A DNA stretch of 62,768 nucleotides, counting the filler, from Catajapyx aquilonaris (taxonomy: Eukaryota), in assembly GCA_000934665.2 (NCBI GenBank). It is 2 parts of 2 records of this genome, joined end to end, with 100 filler letters (N's around TTAATTAATTAA, not from the genome) between each part and the next. Parts side by side here need not be neighbours in the genome. Positions count along the whole stretch, not along the records: positions 31,443 to 62,768 come from JYFJ02004541.1; 1 more part is not named here. One strand, given 5' to 3'. Below are positions 49,740-62,768 of this stretch, in pieces; position 1 is the stretch's first letter, and each line of letters begins with the position of its first letter. A model generated the notes under the pieces. It was given only the letters and a program-made list of their open reading frames with translations, was not told where the DNA came from and did not search any database. The position numbers and the translations under genes are program-made.

Positions 49740-52700
49740 AAGAACTGCAAAAAGAACGACTCGCACCAAGAAATAGGAATAGGCCTATAAGTCCGTCCGT
49801 GACGTCACGAATAGAATCGTAGAAGCGCTCCACATTGCCTCAGTTTCTCGCAACGGTCCTTTTCCATTCCTGAAAATAAGCCAGCGTGTAAGAGTGTCCA
49901 AAAATACTGTAAATAAGTTGGGGCAATTTTTCTTAACACCCTTAGAAAGAACCAGTTGCAGAGTAGCCTACGCCCGGGTCTATGCAAATAGCACTGGTGG
50001 CCCCCAGCTCTGTTTGAGTTAATCACTGCAGAAGAGGGGTGTGTTTGCTGTACGTGTGCGCCTCGCAGGATAATTTCATGAAGACAAACATATTTATCAG
50101 AGTGAGACGAAAAAAATTAATTACGCGGCAGTAATCACGCGTTTGCACGACTTGCTAGGGAGGGGTGCTAGGTGAGGGTGGGGGGAATAGACACATTTTT
50201 AATTTGTTAAGTAACCTTGGCGTGTTGCGGCTCTTTGGCCTAACTGGGCACATTTCCTGTTGGATACACCGTTTGTAATTCACCGGCACGTGGATGTGTA
50301 CTTGCGGAGCATAAAGGGAGGGTGGGGCCTCCCTTGAAATATGTAACCTAATCTGCGAGTATGACAAGCCTAGAATTCTCCGCCAGACTTGGCCTCAGGT
50401 CGTTTTCGCAACGCACACTATTATTTTTCACTTTAGTGCCTGTACTATAGTGTGCATTACCCTGATTGCACGGAAGGCTGTACTGCACGTTGGTATATCC
50501 GAGACCAATATTGACACAAAACTTCACCCCAGTATTCTATTATTATTAATTATTATAATAATTTAATTAAGACCGCTTGATATTAAAATATCAGTTTTCG
50601 ATACAGGAATCTCACGTGAGGCAAAATAATTAAGCAAGGTATTTGGGCTCCAGGCAAACTTTCCTAGAATGCTCCTTGTTGAACCGGAAACCTTTCGCAA
50701 TTATATTAATGTAAATGGCTCCCCCTAGAAAGTGGCTTGGGAGGCAGTTAAGCTCATTGCATCTCTGGCCTCCAAGGGTTATCACTCTTTCTTCCCTTCC
50801 CTGCTCCAACATTCCCGGTAATCAAGCGCTCCTTTTGTTCTGCTAATCAGCACCTTCTTTGCTCTTCTTCACATCTTAACTTCTGACATCTAATTGAGGG
50901 CTTTTGCTTCCCGAGCTCGATGGATGAGATTCAGCGTTTTTTCCTATCCTTGAATAGGCAGGAAGGAAGTTAGGACTACACCTGACATCGATTTGAGTTA
51001 GCAAAAATTGAGTAGGCCTACAACTAGAAAAATGTGGAGTTCGTTGGCCTCTGATGCAAATGGCAAATCCTGGTAGAATGTCGATGTCGCGTACCATTCG
51101 TCACCATGAAAGAAGAAGGTCTGACGCTCCAGCGCTAATGAAACTATAGACTCCTCCTTTTCCTCATTCCGGAGGACTAAAGGCCTTTTGTTTCCCTTTT
51201 TTTCGCCTGTTGGTCGTTTCCTCTTGTCTAGTTCTCAAGAGGCAGTTGAACGCAGCTGGGAACTTTCTTATTGGAGTTGGCTTTCGTTATACTGGAGCCG
51301 ATCCATTCATTATAGTTGTGGTGTACAATCACATGGTGCGGTTAGATGTATCCAGGCAACTAACTACATGGCAACTCGAAGAATACCGTAGGGCCTCGTT
51401 AGTCAGTGGAGCCAGAAGAAGTGTCGAAGGCAAGTTGGGACTTAAAGAGGCATATGCAACAAGGAGTTGCAAGTATCCAAGAAAATCAGCCTATTGCTGA
51501 CATATGCTGACGTATGCAACACCTACATCAAATGCATATTCTGTCAACAGTGATGGCTATCTGCCCACAGTTTGTTGCATACGTCCCATGCACTTTTCTG
51601 TCAGCGATTCATCTTGAAATCATGTAACATTACGACTTGTTTAGCGTAAATTGGTCCCAGGGTAGCCGTGAAAAGACAATCAGACCAAAACCCACACGTA
51701 CCGCCTCATTGTGAGTCCAGGCCTGAATCCGGTTTTAAACATCGGAGGCCTCCATCATGAGGCGTGCCCACTAATGGCTTCGGATTTGCTTATTCTGCAC
51801 CCCCTCAGCCACGTGTTGTTTCACCAAGAGCGATGGAACATTGGGTATTCCTTCCGACCATTTTCCTCCTGCCCAATTGCACCATTCACCTCACGCCCTC
51901 ACGACTCGTTGGAGCTTTAATTCAGTGTTAAGAGTCAGGCTGCGATGTGATTTAAAACCGTTATTATAGTCCTTGATTGCCTGGCTCTTAGCTGGCTGCA
52001 GAGAGTTAGCTTTTCCACCCTCCACCTCTCTCTGGATTGCTAAATAAAGGTTGCTGCCATGTTCAGACTTAAGCCTAGGGAGACTTGACGAGGATTTCTG
52101 CCTGACACCACCCGCAATTTGCATGCAAAACCTGAGGGGGCTACTGCTCAGCTAGGGGATTCAGAGGGTCAGACAGGTGGGGAGATGTTGCGAGCGTCAA
52201 CCACACAAATCATTTGCTAGGAAGGGCTTATGCAGGGCTTGAATGTCCAGTAAGAGATGGCTTGACTGACCTTAAGAAAGAACCATTAGCAGTAAACATC
52301 AGCATGTTCGTTGGGTTACATCATGCCAGGATAAAACAAAGCGATGGAAGGGTGCCTTTAAACAGGGCACGTTCAGGCTCCAGCTTATAATCTGGCTGCC
52401 ATTAAGCCATCCCCCAAATCTCCTCTCTACTTTAAGGCCATAATTAGGTTTCCTGCAGCGGAATTGGACCCCCCACCCCCACCCCCTTCTTGCTTAATGC
52501 AAGCCCGTGCAAGACTCGCAACTAAATATCCCCATTCTATTCCCCACTGCGCCTGGTATCTTGGCCCCATGTCTTCCTGGGCACAGATACACTTAGCCGC
52601 CGTTTAACTACTGTCTCTGGGCTAAGTCCGTAGATAAAGGAACCGCTTACGGTAAGTTAAAAGCCTTCGGTTGAGATAATTTGCTGGATAAACTGGGCCC

Positions 52701-54033
52701 CAGTTTGGAGCTAAGTGTAGGGGTCTGGACAAGTCGGTGATTGCGTTTGGAATATTGGCGATTGTAAACTTGCTATGGGTAGGGGTAGGGGGGGGGGGTT
52801 CAAATTGTGAATCAATGATTTCGGGGGCTGCTTACGCGAGCTGGATGCAGATTACAGTGGGCTAATGACCTAATGCGGGTGTTTCGGATGTNGGGGGGGG
52901 GGGGAACATTTTCAGAACTGGATGGGAAAACTGTCAAATATTGGTTTGACCAGACGTATCTACTGGCCGAAACATTTTTTTTTTGAGATACGTAATTAGT
53001 TGATAAAATATACAATGAGATTCTCAGATGGAATCGCAGTTTGTTGATAAGACAGTAAAACACTACTAGTTGTTGACTTCAGCGTGTATCAGCGCCATCT
53101 CAGGACCACTACCTGCCATGTTGTTCCTGCCGTATATTTTTACACAGCATGCGACCTGCTTGCTTTATCACCGGTCCTTACAGTCCTTCAACAATGGCCA
53201 AACATCCACCATGCAGGTTAAAGTCCCCATAACATCTCAACTGTAAGTCTTCCACTTTATCCCTCCGTTGTTTAGCAGCGCCCCCTTCCATATAATTAAA
53301 CGTGGTGTCCCATAGCCAGGAATGCACTTGGGCCTAGAAAATACAGTGTCGCCGAAGCAAGCAAGGCAAACCATAAATTCGAGCAGGAAAGTCGGAAGGA
53401 AGGACAAAAGACGACGGTTGACGCGTCATCTCCAAGCCAACGGTCTTGACGATGATTTATGTGGAGCCCCGTTTGGAAAAAGGCGCCTGGGCCATTTTTC
53501 CTTCAGAGTTTTTTTTTCAGTGTCCTCCAAGGCTCCGATTTTCTTTTTTCGAGCAAAAACTGATACTCGAAATATCCCCGCCTTTCCAGCTATCTGAGGC
53601 TCATTCTCCAAAAGCTGGAGGCCAGATAATGTCATGGATTCATCTTTTTTGGCAGACCGTAAATCTATCTCGTACTTGAGGTGCGGTTTGGCCACTTATG
53701 CGGTCCTTTGTCAAAAATATATTTGATCGACGCTCAGACCCCTCCAAGCGAGATAAAAAGAACACGGTGTGATGACTGGGTTAAGGGCAAATTCGTTTAT
53801 GATGATGCATCAGAAGCGAGCGCTCTTTTAAATGCAAATAGGGACACACTTTATAGCCTTTTTTGGCGGCTTTGGTAGTCTTACCGCTGGATGGATACAT
53901 GTTTTGTAATTTTTAGTGCGGTTGTAAAAATATGAAAAGCCAATTCGTTGCCTCTACAAACACATTTGTCGTTTAATTGTGCAATGAACAATAAAAAAGC
54001 CAATTCAATTGATACCGAAAAGAGGTTGGATAA

Positions 54034-54085
54034 ATCACATGGAGCCAGGTCAGGAGACGATAAAGTGTGGGCGGTAGACAAGTGA
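54034..54085 (-). pseudogene. Mariner transposase relic (YSPDLAP motif)
   Basis: Minus strand reads cta ccg ccc aca ctt tat (cg) tct cct gac ctg gct cca tgt gat, i.e. LPPTLY/SPDLAPCD with a 2-nt frameshift. This matches the mariner signature LPHPPYSPDLAP(S/C)D. Confidence 0.6.
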
Positions 54086-54261
54086 AAAGGAATGAAATTT
54101 CTCGGAACCTTATCACCCGTACGTCGGCAGGAACGAGGACATACACATTTTTTTCCCTATCTGACACTAACCGTTTGTTCCCTTCAGGAGCAAAAGGGAA
54201 AGGGTAACTGATTTAGGAAAGTAAAAGGAAAGAATCATTGTTCGCACATTGTTATCATATA

Positions 54262-54622
54262 CTAGTAGGATACCCGGCGTTGCTCGGGTTATGACTGAGT
54301 AACTCACTGATTTGGTAGTTACCTTTGAAATAATTATGGCTATACAATGTTGGCACACGGAGCATATTGCATGCGCATGAAGTCCAAACACATAAAGTAA
54401 ATCGAACGTCACACACATCCAAAACGAATTACATCCGGGGTTCCTGTTTTTCTGCCTTTTCGCCTCCTGCGGACAAGGACGACCTCGTAAGTCAAATCCA
54501 ATGCGCTAAAAACCTTCCCTGTTAAAAACTACCCCTAATGATCCTCCTGGGGGATATATCGAGGCCTCCGTATTGATTTGCATCGGGAACGTACAGACGT
54601 ACGTTGAGAAATATGTATAAGA
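54262..54622 (-). mobile_element. Non-autonomous Helitron (361 bp)
   Basis: On the minus strand: A|TCTTATACATATT... 5' end, a GC hairpin cccgagcaacgccggg (54273-54288) 7 nt before the 3' CTAG|T end, inserted between A and T with no TSD. These are the canonical Helitron hallmarks. Confidence 0.8.
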
Positions 54623-57600
54623 TAAAATCGTTTTATGTATGTGGAGCACCTGAGAAAATCACAGGTGCACTTACTACATGCTATTTTAAGTAAGAAGGTA
54701 TCAATTACCACGCTGTAATAATTGCTAACTTCGAGTTCCCTACACCCTTCGTTACACTTGACTAACCATCGTCATTACTCTTCTATTAATTAGGAAACTT
54801 GGAACCTCCTCGCAAGAGATTCCTCGCTTGTTCTCTGTGCCTATCCCACAAAGCCGGTGCGCCATAGATTAGGCCGATTTCTACAGCTACCTGCTTTGAG
54901 CTCCTTAACATTAGCTACCAGTTACAAAGCACTACAGTACACCAAGAGTGTTTTAGAAACTTGTGCTTGATACTAATGTAATTCACTTCCATTTTCGTGC
55001 CATTTACACCAACCCTCTTCGAGCGAACTGAAATTCAGAATAATTTTAGTCGAACTTTGCTTAAAGTGCACTTAAGGCTCATACTTTACATTTTAGTGTT
55101 AGGTATGAACATAGCAAGATTTCAGTATCGAAATGCATTTATTTAGACCAGCTTCTTCCCTGATTTCTTGCCTCCAACTTGGACCATTGATTTTTCCGTC
55201 GTCTTATAAAGGCCAACAAGTTCCGGATGACTGCTTGGCAGCTATTCCTGCGACACTGGGACCATTTCACGACGTCGAACCATGACGTCGATAATTATGT
55301 TGTTCCAAGTGGTGAACCATGCCTTTAGTACCTTTTGTCCCTCCATGCATAAATGATTCCAGGCTGTCCGGACAAGCTGATTATTTTGTCCCCAAGCAGC
55401 AGCTCCTGGGACGTTGTCATAGCCGGCATGAAGTCCCTTTCATGTCAGGATGTGACCGGAATGGGCTGAGAAAACGTTGTCCCCTAAAAGCAAGCAGCTC
55501 GACGGCACAGAGTTCACCTGTTCGTTTTCGACAGCTTTGGATCCACAATTCAGGTCCGAGTCTCCTTGGCAACCCAAATGGGCCTTGGGTTCGTGACCCG
55601 CATGGAGATGGACCAACCCCAAGAGTTTCCTCTTGTACTTTTTTTTTCCTGGGCAGCTGCCTCTCTAAATATCTAAAAGGAAGTGAAGGGTTTGGACCAG
55701 CTTTGGCCACCTTTTTTGGGCTCCACTGAGACTGGCTGTCCGCCCATTTAAAGCACGGTGTGGAATACTTATGTGAGGACAGACCTAGACGTGACAGGTT
55801 GGCGGATATACCGCCAGTGGCTTCCCAAAACAATGCTGGAATCTAGTGGGGTGACACAACAGCCATTTTGAGTCCACATAAGAATGATCAATAAAACTAA
55901 TGATGTGAACATCAACGTACCGATGCATATGAAAATGGATTTACTAGGAGATAATTAGCTTCTCAATATCGTATTATGTCGCATCAATGATGGTAATGGC
56001 AGCTCTTTTAGGCTGTAACACGATTAATAGTCATGGACTGTTGTGGATTAACATTTATGACGTACTAGGTGTCTCTTAGTACTTGGAAGAATGTTTCGTC
56101 TCTTTGCCAGTATATTGACCCGTATAAATAGGGGTTGATGCCCTCTGTAAGCTTCTTATTTTGTGCAGGGGTCTCTCAGAGAGTGAGAGAGAGAAAAGGC
56201 CGACTGATCGATGGTACAATTCGCCATCCTTACTTTTTGTAGTCTCCAAAATACTTCGAAAGAGAGTCTTCTTACTTCCTGATCATGGCTCATGAGAGAT
56301 GGTGAGAGGCGACGATGCAGGAGGTGCCCATTTTTATTTGCCAACTTCCAAAAAAGCTGCTGGGGAGATAACCCGTCGCGTTTCCAATAGGTCAATTGAA
56401 GGGTCATCTTCTTTTTGGGATGTGGCTGCCATTTTGGATCCAAACGCCTGTCACGTATTCCAGATTAGGCTAATGGGCTATTGGGATGAAAACCGACATA
56501 TCGAAAGCGATCCAAATCGTGACATTTCAGTAGATAAGTGTAGTACAGGGCATACATTAAATTTGGTTTAACTTTTTGTCCCAATTTGTCCGTCTTGGAT
56601 CCTGCAGCCAACTGCTCCCGTTTGAAGTTACATTGAGTGACCTCTCTAATCCCACAGGACCTGTCTGCAACACATGCTCCTTCAGTCCGGGCAGACTGTT
56701 CCCCGAGTGCCATACAAAATTCGAAAGCTCAGTTGAATTCGTACCCAGGAAAGTCCAAATGCCAAGCAGTTGGCTTATGCAAATCCGAGTTCTCTCTAAA
56801 AAGCATCGCGGTGCGCCATACTCAGGTTTAAATTAGGTGATAAACGAGAGAAAAAAAACATAAACACCTGAAGGCATAGTATATTTCACTTTATAAAATG
56901 AATTCTTGCTTGTTGTGTAGAAAGGCTAGTTTTTAAAATCTTATAAGACACCTTCAGGCTGGTTGGATCAATACGAATGGGAATTCCCGGCTGTTCAGGG
57001 AAGAAAAATCCAAGGAGTTGAGAGCCGGAAAAACGGCTGTATGATGTTGAACATTGATAGCTGGGGAAATAAAAAGATTTCGAGGGATTTCGTTTTTTTT
57101 TTACTGGGTGGGCATCAGACCTGAAAGAAATTCCCTTCCTGCAGCCCCTTGCAGGCCACCAGAATACAAAGTTGTAAGAATGCACTAAAAAATCTTTCAA
57201 CTATTGTATATGCAAGATTCAACATAATCGGTTGCAATTTCCAGTCAATTTTGTATAGTCACCCGTTACTTATTGAGAGTCTGGTAGCTCATTTACTGAA
57301 CGTAATGATTGACTTCTCGCGACAAGGGCCCAGAAATTCCTTTCCGTGATTCCCGAGGGAAGCGGTGGGTTTTCAATTATAGCTCGAATGCAAATCGAAT
57401 TTCCACCACCCTTTTCTGGGAAGTCATTCCCGAGCGCCAAGTTTTCCCTGCAGAAAATGTGGACTAATCTCAAATGCAAATTAATGACGAAGTTTGACTG
57501 TGCCCCTGAGGATTCCCTTGCGTCTCTCAGGGGACCCAACTTAATTATGTTTATTCTAGACTAATAAACAAATATGTTTCAGCCTTTCCAACGTGTTAAT

Positions 57601-57830
57601 TTGGTTAGGCCCCCGCCATTTTGTTTTGCTTTCTGAGACACCCTCCCATTTTGCAGAAAGTCAGCACATATTAGGAATCCCTATTTATCAAGTGGTATCT
57701 AATTTCCTGAGAATACTGTTACCTTCAGACCTTAATGGCGACTGATGGAGTTAGCAACTTGGAGGAATAAATCTCGACCAGATTTTTCTGCTTCTAATTA
57801 CGACACTGTATATGAATATTAATTCTGCTG

Positions 57831-57872
57831 CTCCGAGGCAGGTTCGATCTCCGGACCCTCTGGATAGCAGTC
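57831..57872 (-). mobile_element. Degenerate tRNA-SINE head fragment
   Basis: Reverse complement gactgctatccagagggtccggagatcgaacctgcctcggag resembles the SINE head gactgctaatcgggaggtcctgggttcgaaccccggag at 14736-14773. Confidence 0.35.
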
Positions 57873-57885
57873 ATGTACTGAAAGT

Positions 57886-58101
57886 TGTGAGGACCGCCCC
57901 CTACAGATCATGTGATGTGGGTGGGGCATGCGCACTGCTTCCCTGGCTTTGGCCAGGGGAGAGTGACTTGGTAACCAGAGTCGTAATCTAGAAGAGACTG
58001 TAACTCAGGTGGGGATATATAGGTCCAATAAACCAGTGTCCATGGAACCCATGTGTTTTCTTGGTAAGGATTGGCCCAGGGGCGGACCCGGGGTCGTCAC
58101 A
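57886..58101 (+). mobile_element. Solo LTR, copy 1 (216 bp, 4-bp TSD AAGT; Ty3/gypsy-like)
   Basis: TGTGA...TCACA termini; TSD aagt at 57882-57885 and 58102-58105; internal tatata followed by AATAAA (58027-58032); homologous to 58696-58910. Confidence 0.8.
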
Positions 58102-58695
58102 AAGTAAAATCCCACCCTAGACGACGCCAAGGATGACTCAAACTCCATGTACCTTTCCCCCCGAACATGTTGAAAAGCAACAATGTATGGTCCTGGATAA
58201 GCCTAGTATGTATTCCTCCTGCTCCAGACTATGCTGCTCTAAATTCAGTTCATGTACAGCTGTGGCTTTGGGATGATGGATGGCAGCTTGCGAGAAGGAA
58301 CTGAAGCGTGGACCAACCGGAAGAAATCAATCCGTCCTTCCTCAGTTCCGTTCGCATTTTTCTTTTCTCGCATACACTCACCCTTTTTTGGGAGAATTTG
58401 CAAATGGGAAATGTTGCAGAACCCTCTTGACAATCAGCCTGGGTATAATAGGCTCCGTATATTGGAGCCTGGGCTGGCAGTATACAACCCAGTTCTCCTT
58501 AATGAAGTTAGCTTCCGGGTCTTGTTATTTTGTACAAAAAGGGGGTAATTAATGTCAGTCTGCAGCTACTTAACGCTGCTGTTTAGCTGAAGCGTGGATA
58601 TGACTTGAAAACGTTTTCCTGGCCTATAAGCCGATTTTTAATGCTTGAGTACTTGTAGGAAAGCTGCTTACATACAATTTTTCAAATTAAAAATT

Positions 58696-58910
58696 TGTGA
58701 CGACCCCGGGTGCGCCCTGGGGCCAACCCCGTGCTGGCTCTAGCAAGAAAACACCTAGGTTCCATGGACACTGGTTTATTGGACCTTCCAGGTCACCATC
58801 TCCACTTTCTCGACACTGGTTACCAACTGACTCTCCCCTGGCCAAAGCCAGAAAAGCAGTGCGCATGCCCCGTCCACATCACATGACCAGGAAGGGGGCG
58901 GGCTCTCACA
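58696..58910 (-). mobile_element. Solo LTR, copy 2, inverted (215 bp, 4-bp TSD AATT)
   Basis: TGTGA...TCACA termini; TSD aatt at 58692-58695 and 58911-58914. Its reverse complement shares long blocks with copy 1 (ggggcatgcgcactgctt, ctggctttggccaggggagagt, aggtccaataaaccagtgtccatggaacc, acccggggtcgtcaca). Confidence 0.8.
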
Positions 58911-61900
58911 AATTCTTTGGAAAAACACTGCTACATGCCTTTTGTTAACACGTCATCACTATTAAAAAAAATATTGGACTTGGAAAGCAGTAACTAAGCC
59001 ACTCCCAGAACTTAACGCTAATCAGTGTTCTTGGCAAAATGACCAAAGTTATACCCGTTTCCGTAATCTTATTCTTCCCTTTGCGACATGATTCTTTTGA
59101 TATCTCTTTCTGTTACATTGAACACATTCAGATAACGGGAGGAGCAACGTGAACGAGGGAAACGCCATTAAAAGATAATGCTGCTATATACACACTTATT
59201 TTTCTCCACTGGGCGAGAACAATGCTGATGTACTACAATCAAAATGGCACAGGCGTGTTCTGGCATGACGTCAAAAATGGCCAGATTAGTCCGTTGCAGT
59301 ATTTAGGCACGGAGCAACGTTAATTTTGGCAGACGTGACATTCCAGGAATTTGCACGGGCAGGCGTACAGTACGTGTAATTTTCGAAATACGCGTACAGT
59401 GCGGTAAAACCATTAAAAAATTAGAAAAGAGACAATCATGAATATGACAAGTTTTTGACAATGATGAATTTTTTGGTCTATGCAAGTAGGAAGTCTGTAG
59501 TTTTAAAACTAATGTACAATTCAAATGTGGTGCGATGAAAGGATTTTACAGCCAGTTGTAATGTAATTGTGGCAAACCCTACGCGGTGAGAGTACAGTGC
59601 ATCTATGGTAATATGAGGCAATATTGGTACAGGCTCATAAAAATTATGTTGCTTTATCAAAATTGAGCAACATTCAAATCTATTTCCCGGATGTATCGTT
59701 TTTCCATATCCATTGTTTTTATCATTCACTGATTGCACAGAAAGCACATTTTTCGAATAAAAAAATATCACTGTGTGTACCAAAATATTTCCCAATAATT
59801 TCGTTCGGCATCTGGTCTATATAAAGCACTTGGCCCAAAAGTAGTTTTCCACCGTAAGCTTCAGCTACTTTGCCTGCAAAGTGCCTCGAAGTGACTTGGT
59901 CCTTAATGCTATTTGGCACCCAAATTTTCACCCAAAACTCGATAAATATACTGCCCCAAAAAATCCATTATGGCTCCAGCAAGTTCAGTACACGTCAGTG
60001 TTTTCATACGACCCCCTCCCCCCCCCAAAAAAAAAAAAACTGGACGCTCGCCCTTCCATTCCATCCAAAATGGGTTGTTCATTTGGGACTTTAATTCAAT
60101 GTTTCGGAGAGAGTTGATCGTAAAATAGAAGAGAATAAGCGCGAACAAAACGTGTCCACCACAATCCAGGCAGTTGTAGTCACGCTCCCACAGATATTTA
60201 TCGTCCCCCTGTCAATTAGGTAAGTCCTCTAGTGAATCCAAATGTAAAGCGCGCATCGTTTGGTGCTCATGTGTTGTGTTGGAGAAACTCATGGTGTGGG
60301 TCCATATAGGCATATGAGTTGTCCTGCTGTGTTCACCGGACAAATATTGTGAAACCTCGATCTATCGTTTCCCGCATCTGTCGTTTCCCGCATCTGTAGT
60401 TTTTTCAAAATTTCTTCCAAAATGTGAAACATGGTCGTAACAAAGTACCCATTTCCTTCACGCCTATAAAAATTACAGTGTTTGCAAAAAAAAAGGGTTG
60501 TTTGGTGTGGCAAAAAAAAGTAGTTGGATAGGAAAAGGATGGCGCCATTACCCTGAAAGGGCAACAACTGAAAGCCCTGGAACTGGAGAAGTCAGAGCTT
60601 TGAAAGCGTGGAATCGCTGACAAAGACCATTTTGGGGATAACACGAGGTGGAATCTTTTGCACGCAAAATGGCCCCAAGCTCCTACCAAAATGCTACAAA
60701 AATTCGTTACAGCGCCGAGAAAGGTTGAATTTTGCTGTGCAATGAAGGGTGGCACAAAAGCGGACTTGTACATTCACAGTATGTGTAGGATATTCAAAAT
60801 GTAATGATTAGAATTTTTAAACAATATTTAAGCAAAGTGTGTTTGTTGGGTTGCATCATGCCAGGATGAAACATAGTAATACAGTTTTTTAACCTATATG
60901 TATGTAGCATATCAGAGAGGGCTATACTATTGTGAACTATGAGAGGCTACTGTAAGCCTGGATCTAGCACAACAGGGGTCTCCTGCACCACTGAAATAAT
61001 CCATTTATCCCACCCGTACGACTCTATTATGAAGTAAAGCCCTAAGGCTCTAAGGGAGGGGTCATCTGGTAAACTATGTTATGGATTTTGTACATACAAC
61101 CGGCCTCTATGTTCCTTCTGAATTGAGCTTCATGCGGACCATGCATGACTGTAATGATTCCGCAGAAACTTTTGTAATTTCGGCCTCTCCCACCCATAGT
61201 CGTGTTGAAGGCCTTTTCACCTTTCCTAATTTTCCTAGAATTTTCTCTTTTTCCTGGATGGTGCTGGCGGAGGGCGCGTTATGCAAATAGTGCCTAACAG
61301 CATTTCCCCCCCTCTAGAACCCCGTTAAAGCTACCAGGACTAGATGGTCTAGCTTTTGAGGCACTTTTTTTTGAAGAGAATAAGGCCCGTATTTTATGTA
61401 GCCTGCTGCTAGGTTTTTAAAAGAGTGATTTGGCGAGCATTTGGAAAATTCATTAGAAGCAGCGAATTTCGGGAAAAGCTGCAGAAAGGAATTGTTGCAA
61501 AATTTCAAATGAGATTAGCTAGGTTCGCATTAAATAAATCAAAAGGACGATGCTACAGTGTTATCTAAATTTTGCGTATTTTGCAGGAATATTTGAATTA
61601 AAACTACGTTACCAGTTGCAATGAAGATATATGTCGGGTTCTGCTTGAAAAAACTGCAGTCATTTAATACAAAAGTAAGTATTCCCCAGGCATGTTGCAA
61701 TTACAATCATATACATTTTATGGCAGAACAATGTAGGCCTACAGTATATTCAAGTCCGTATGGGTTACATTGAAACACAGTTATAGAAGTGATTATGTGC
61801 ACAACTGAAAAGCTTATAAGCATGAATGTAGAGTACAGCGTTTTTTATAATACTGTAGAGTCGTATCTTTATGTTAGTTTCTAGTTCAGGCTTATGCATT

Positions 61901-62768
61901 ATTTAGAACAAAGATAATAGCCAGCAGGATATTAGAATGTTAAATGGATGAACACTGTTTATAATGGGCTAAAATGCACCGGAAAGTGCTTTAAAAATGC
62001 GTACTCCAAAATTGTAAAATAATTAATAACTACGGTACAAGGGATGAGCACATCATTTTAAACTGTGCCAGAAAATTAGTCCAATATGGAGCATTATAAA
62101 AATATAACATCAAAATTATTCCTCGATGTGCATAATTAAGCAATTATTACTGCAATAAAGTTTGCGCAAACATTCAGGGCACGTTGTACTCCCAAGAGAA
62201 ATTATGTATAGGACCACTGGTAGCCCAAAAACAAACTAAGCTAAGACAACACTTTGGCCAAATATTATTGTTGCAGTAAAGCCTAAGGTGGAATACTTTC
62301 AGTAGCAATATTTTGTAAGAACTTTTTACTACAGTACTATTGAAACAGTTCTGTTTCTATTTCTGCTGCACGAACTCCATTCCGGTTGAACACACAATTT
62401 CTCCCTATTTATTACAGGAAAGTCCGTACTTTGAATATGCAGAATTTTTGCGGCTTTTACGGAAGAACTTTTTATTAACGCAAATTCACCCATACGGTTC
62501 TTGGCAGTTTAATATAAACCCACTTAGTTCTCAGTGCACAGTCCGTAATGAGCTGTCGGGTTTTCTGCTACACTGAGTACACTGCATGGCACACACACGG
62601 TCACTAGAAGACTGGTCTACCATTGGTGTATTTCGCCTTACTGAGGAGTATATTTTTCTTTGTTGTACCCAGTATCAACAGTTCAGAAAGAAATGTCCCG
62701 TCGAGTGGGTTACAGTCTGGTCAGGATAACTTTGACCTCGCTCGTTTTCCTCGACTACTGTTGTCTAT

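Overview
This is eukaryotic, most likely arthropod, genomic DNA (inferred from short GT-AG introns and the repeat types). It is not prokaryotic: I see no operons, CRISPR array or rRNA. Nearly all ORFs in the supplied track look spurious. The only protein-coding gene I can support is an 8-exon, 437-aa divergent STE24/ZMPSTE24-like CAAX prenyl protease (peptidase M48) on the + strand at 36594-38381. It keeps the HEXXH and third-Glu zinc ligands but has lost or altered several family-conserved motifs. The rest is non-coding and carries many small non-autonomous elements: a two-copy foldback MITE family (one copy with a nested 148-bp element and 8-bp TSD), an intact tRNA-derived SINE with a 15-bp TSD, three adjacent TIR elements at 18.9-20.1 kb (one retains the N-terminus of its Tc1/mariner transposase), a further foldback MITE, a non-autonomous Helitron, a mariner relic and two inverted solo LTRs with distinct 4-bp TSDs. 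An assembly gap with an artificial linker lies at 31343-31442. I found no convincing novel multi-gene system. The best leads are the remodelled STE24 paralog and several unusual small element families. All alignments were done by eye; no database searches were run.
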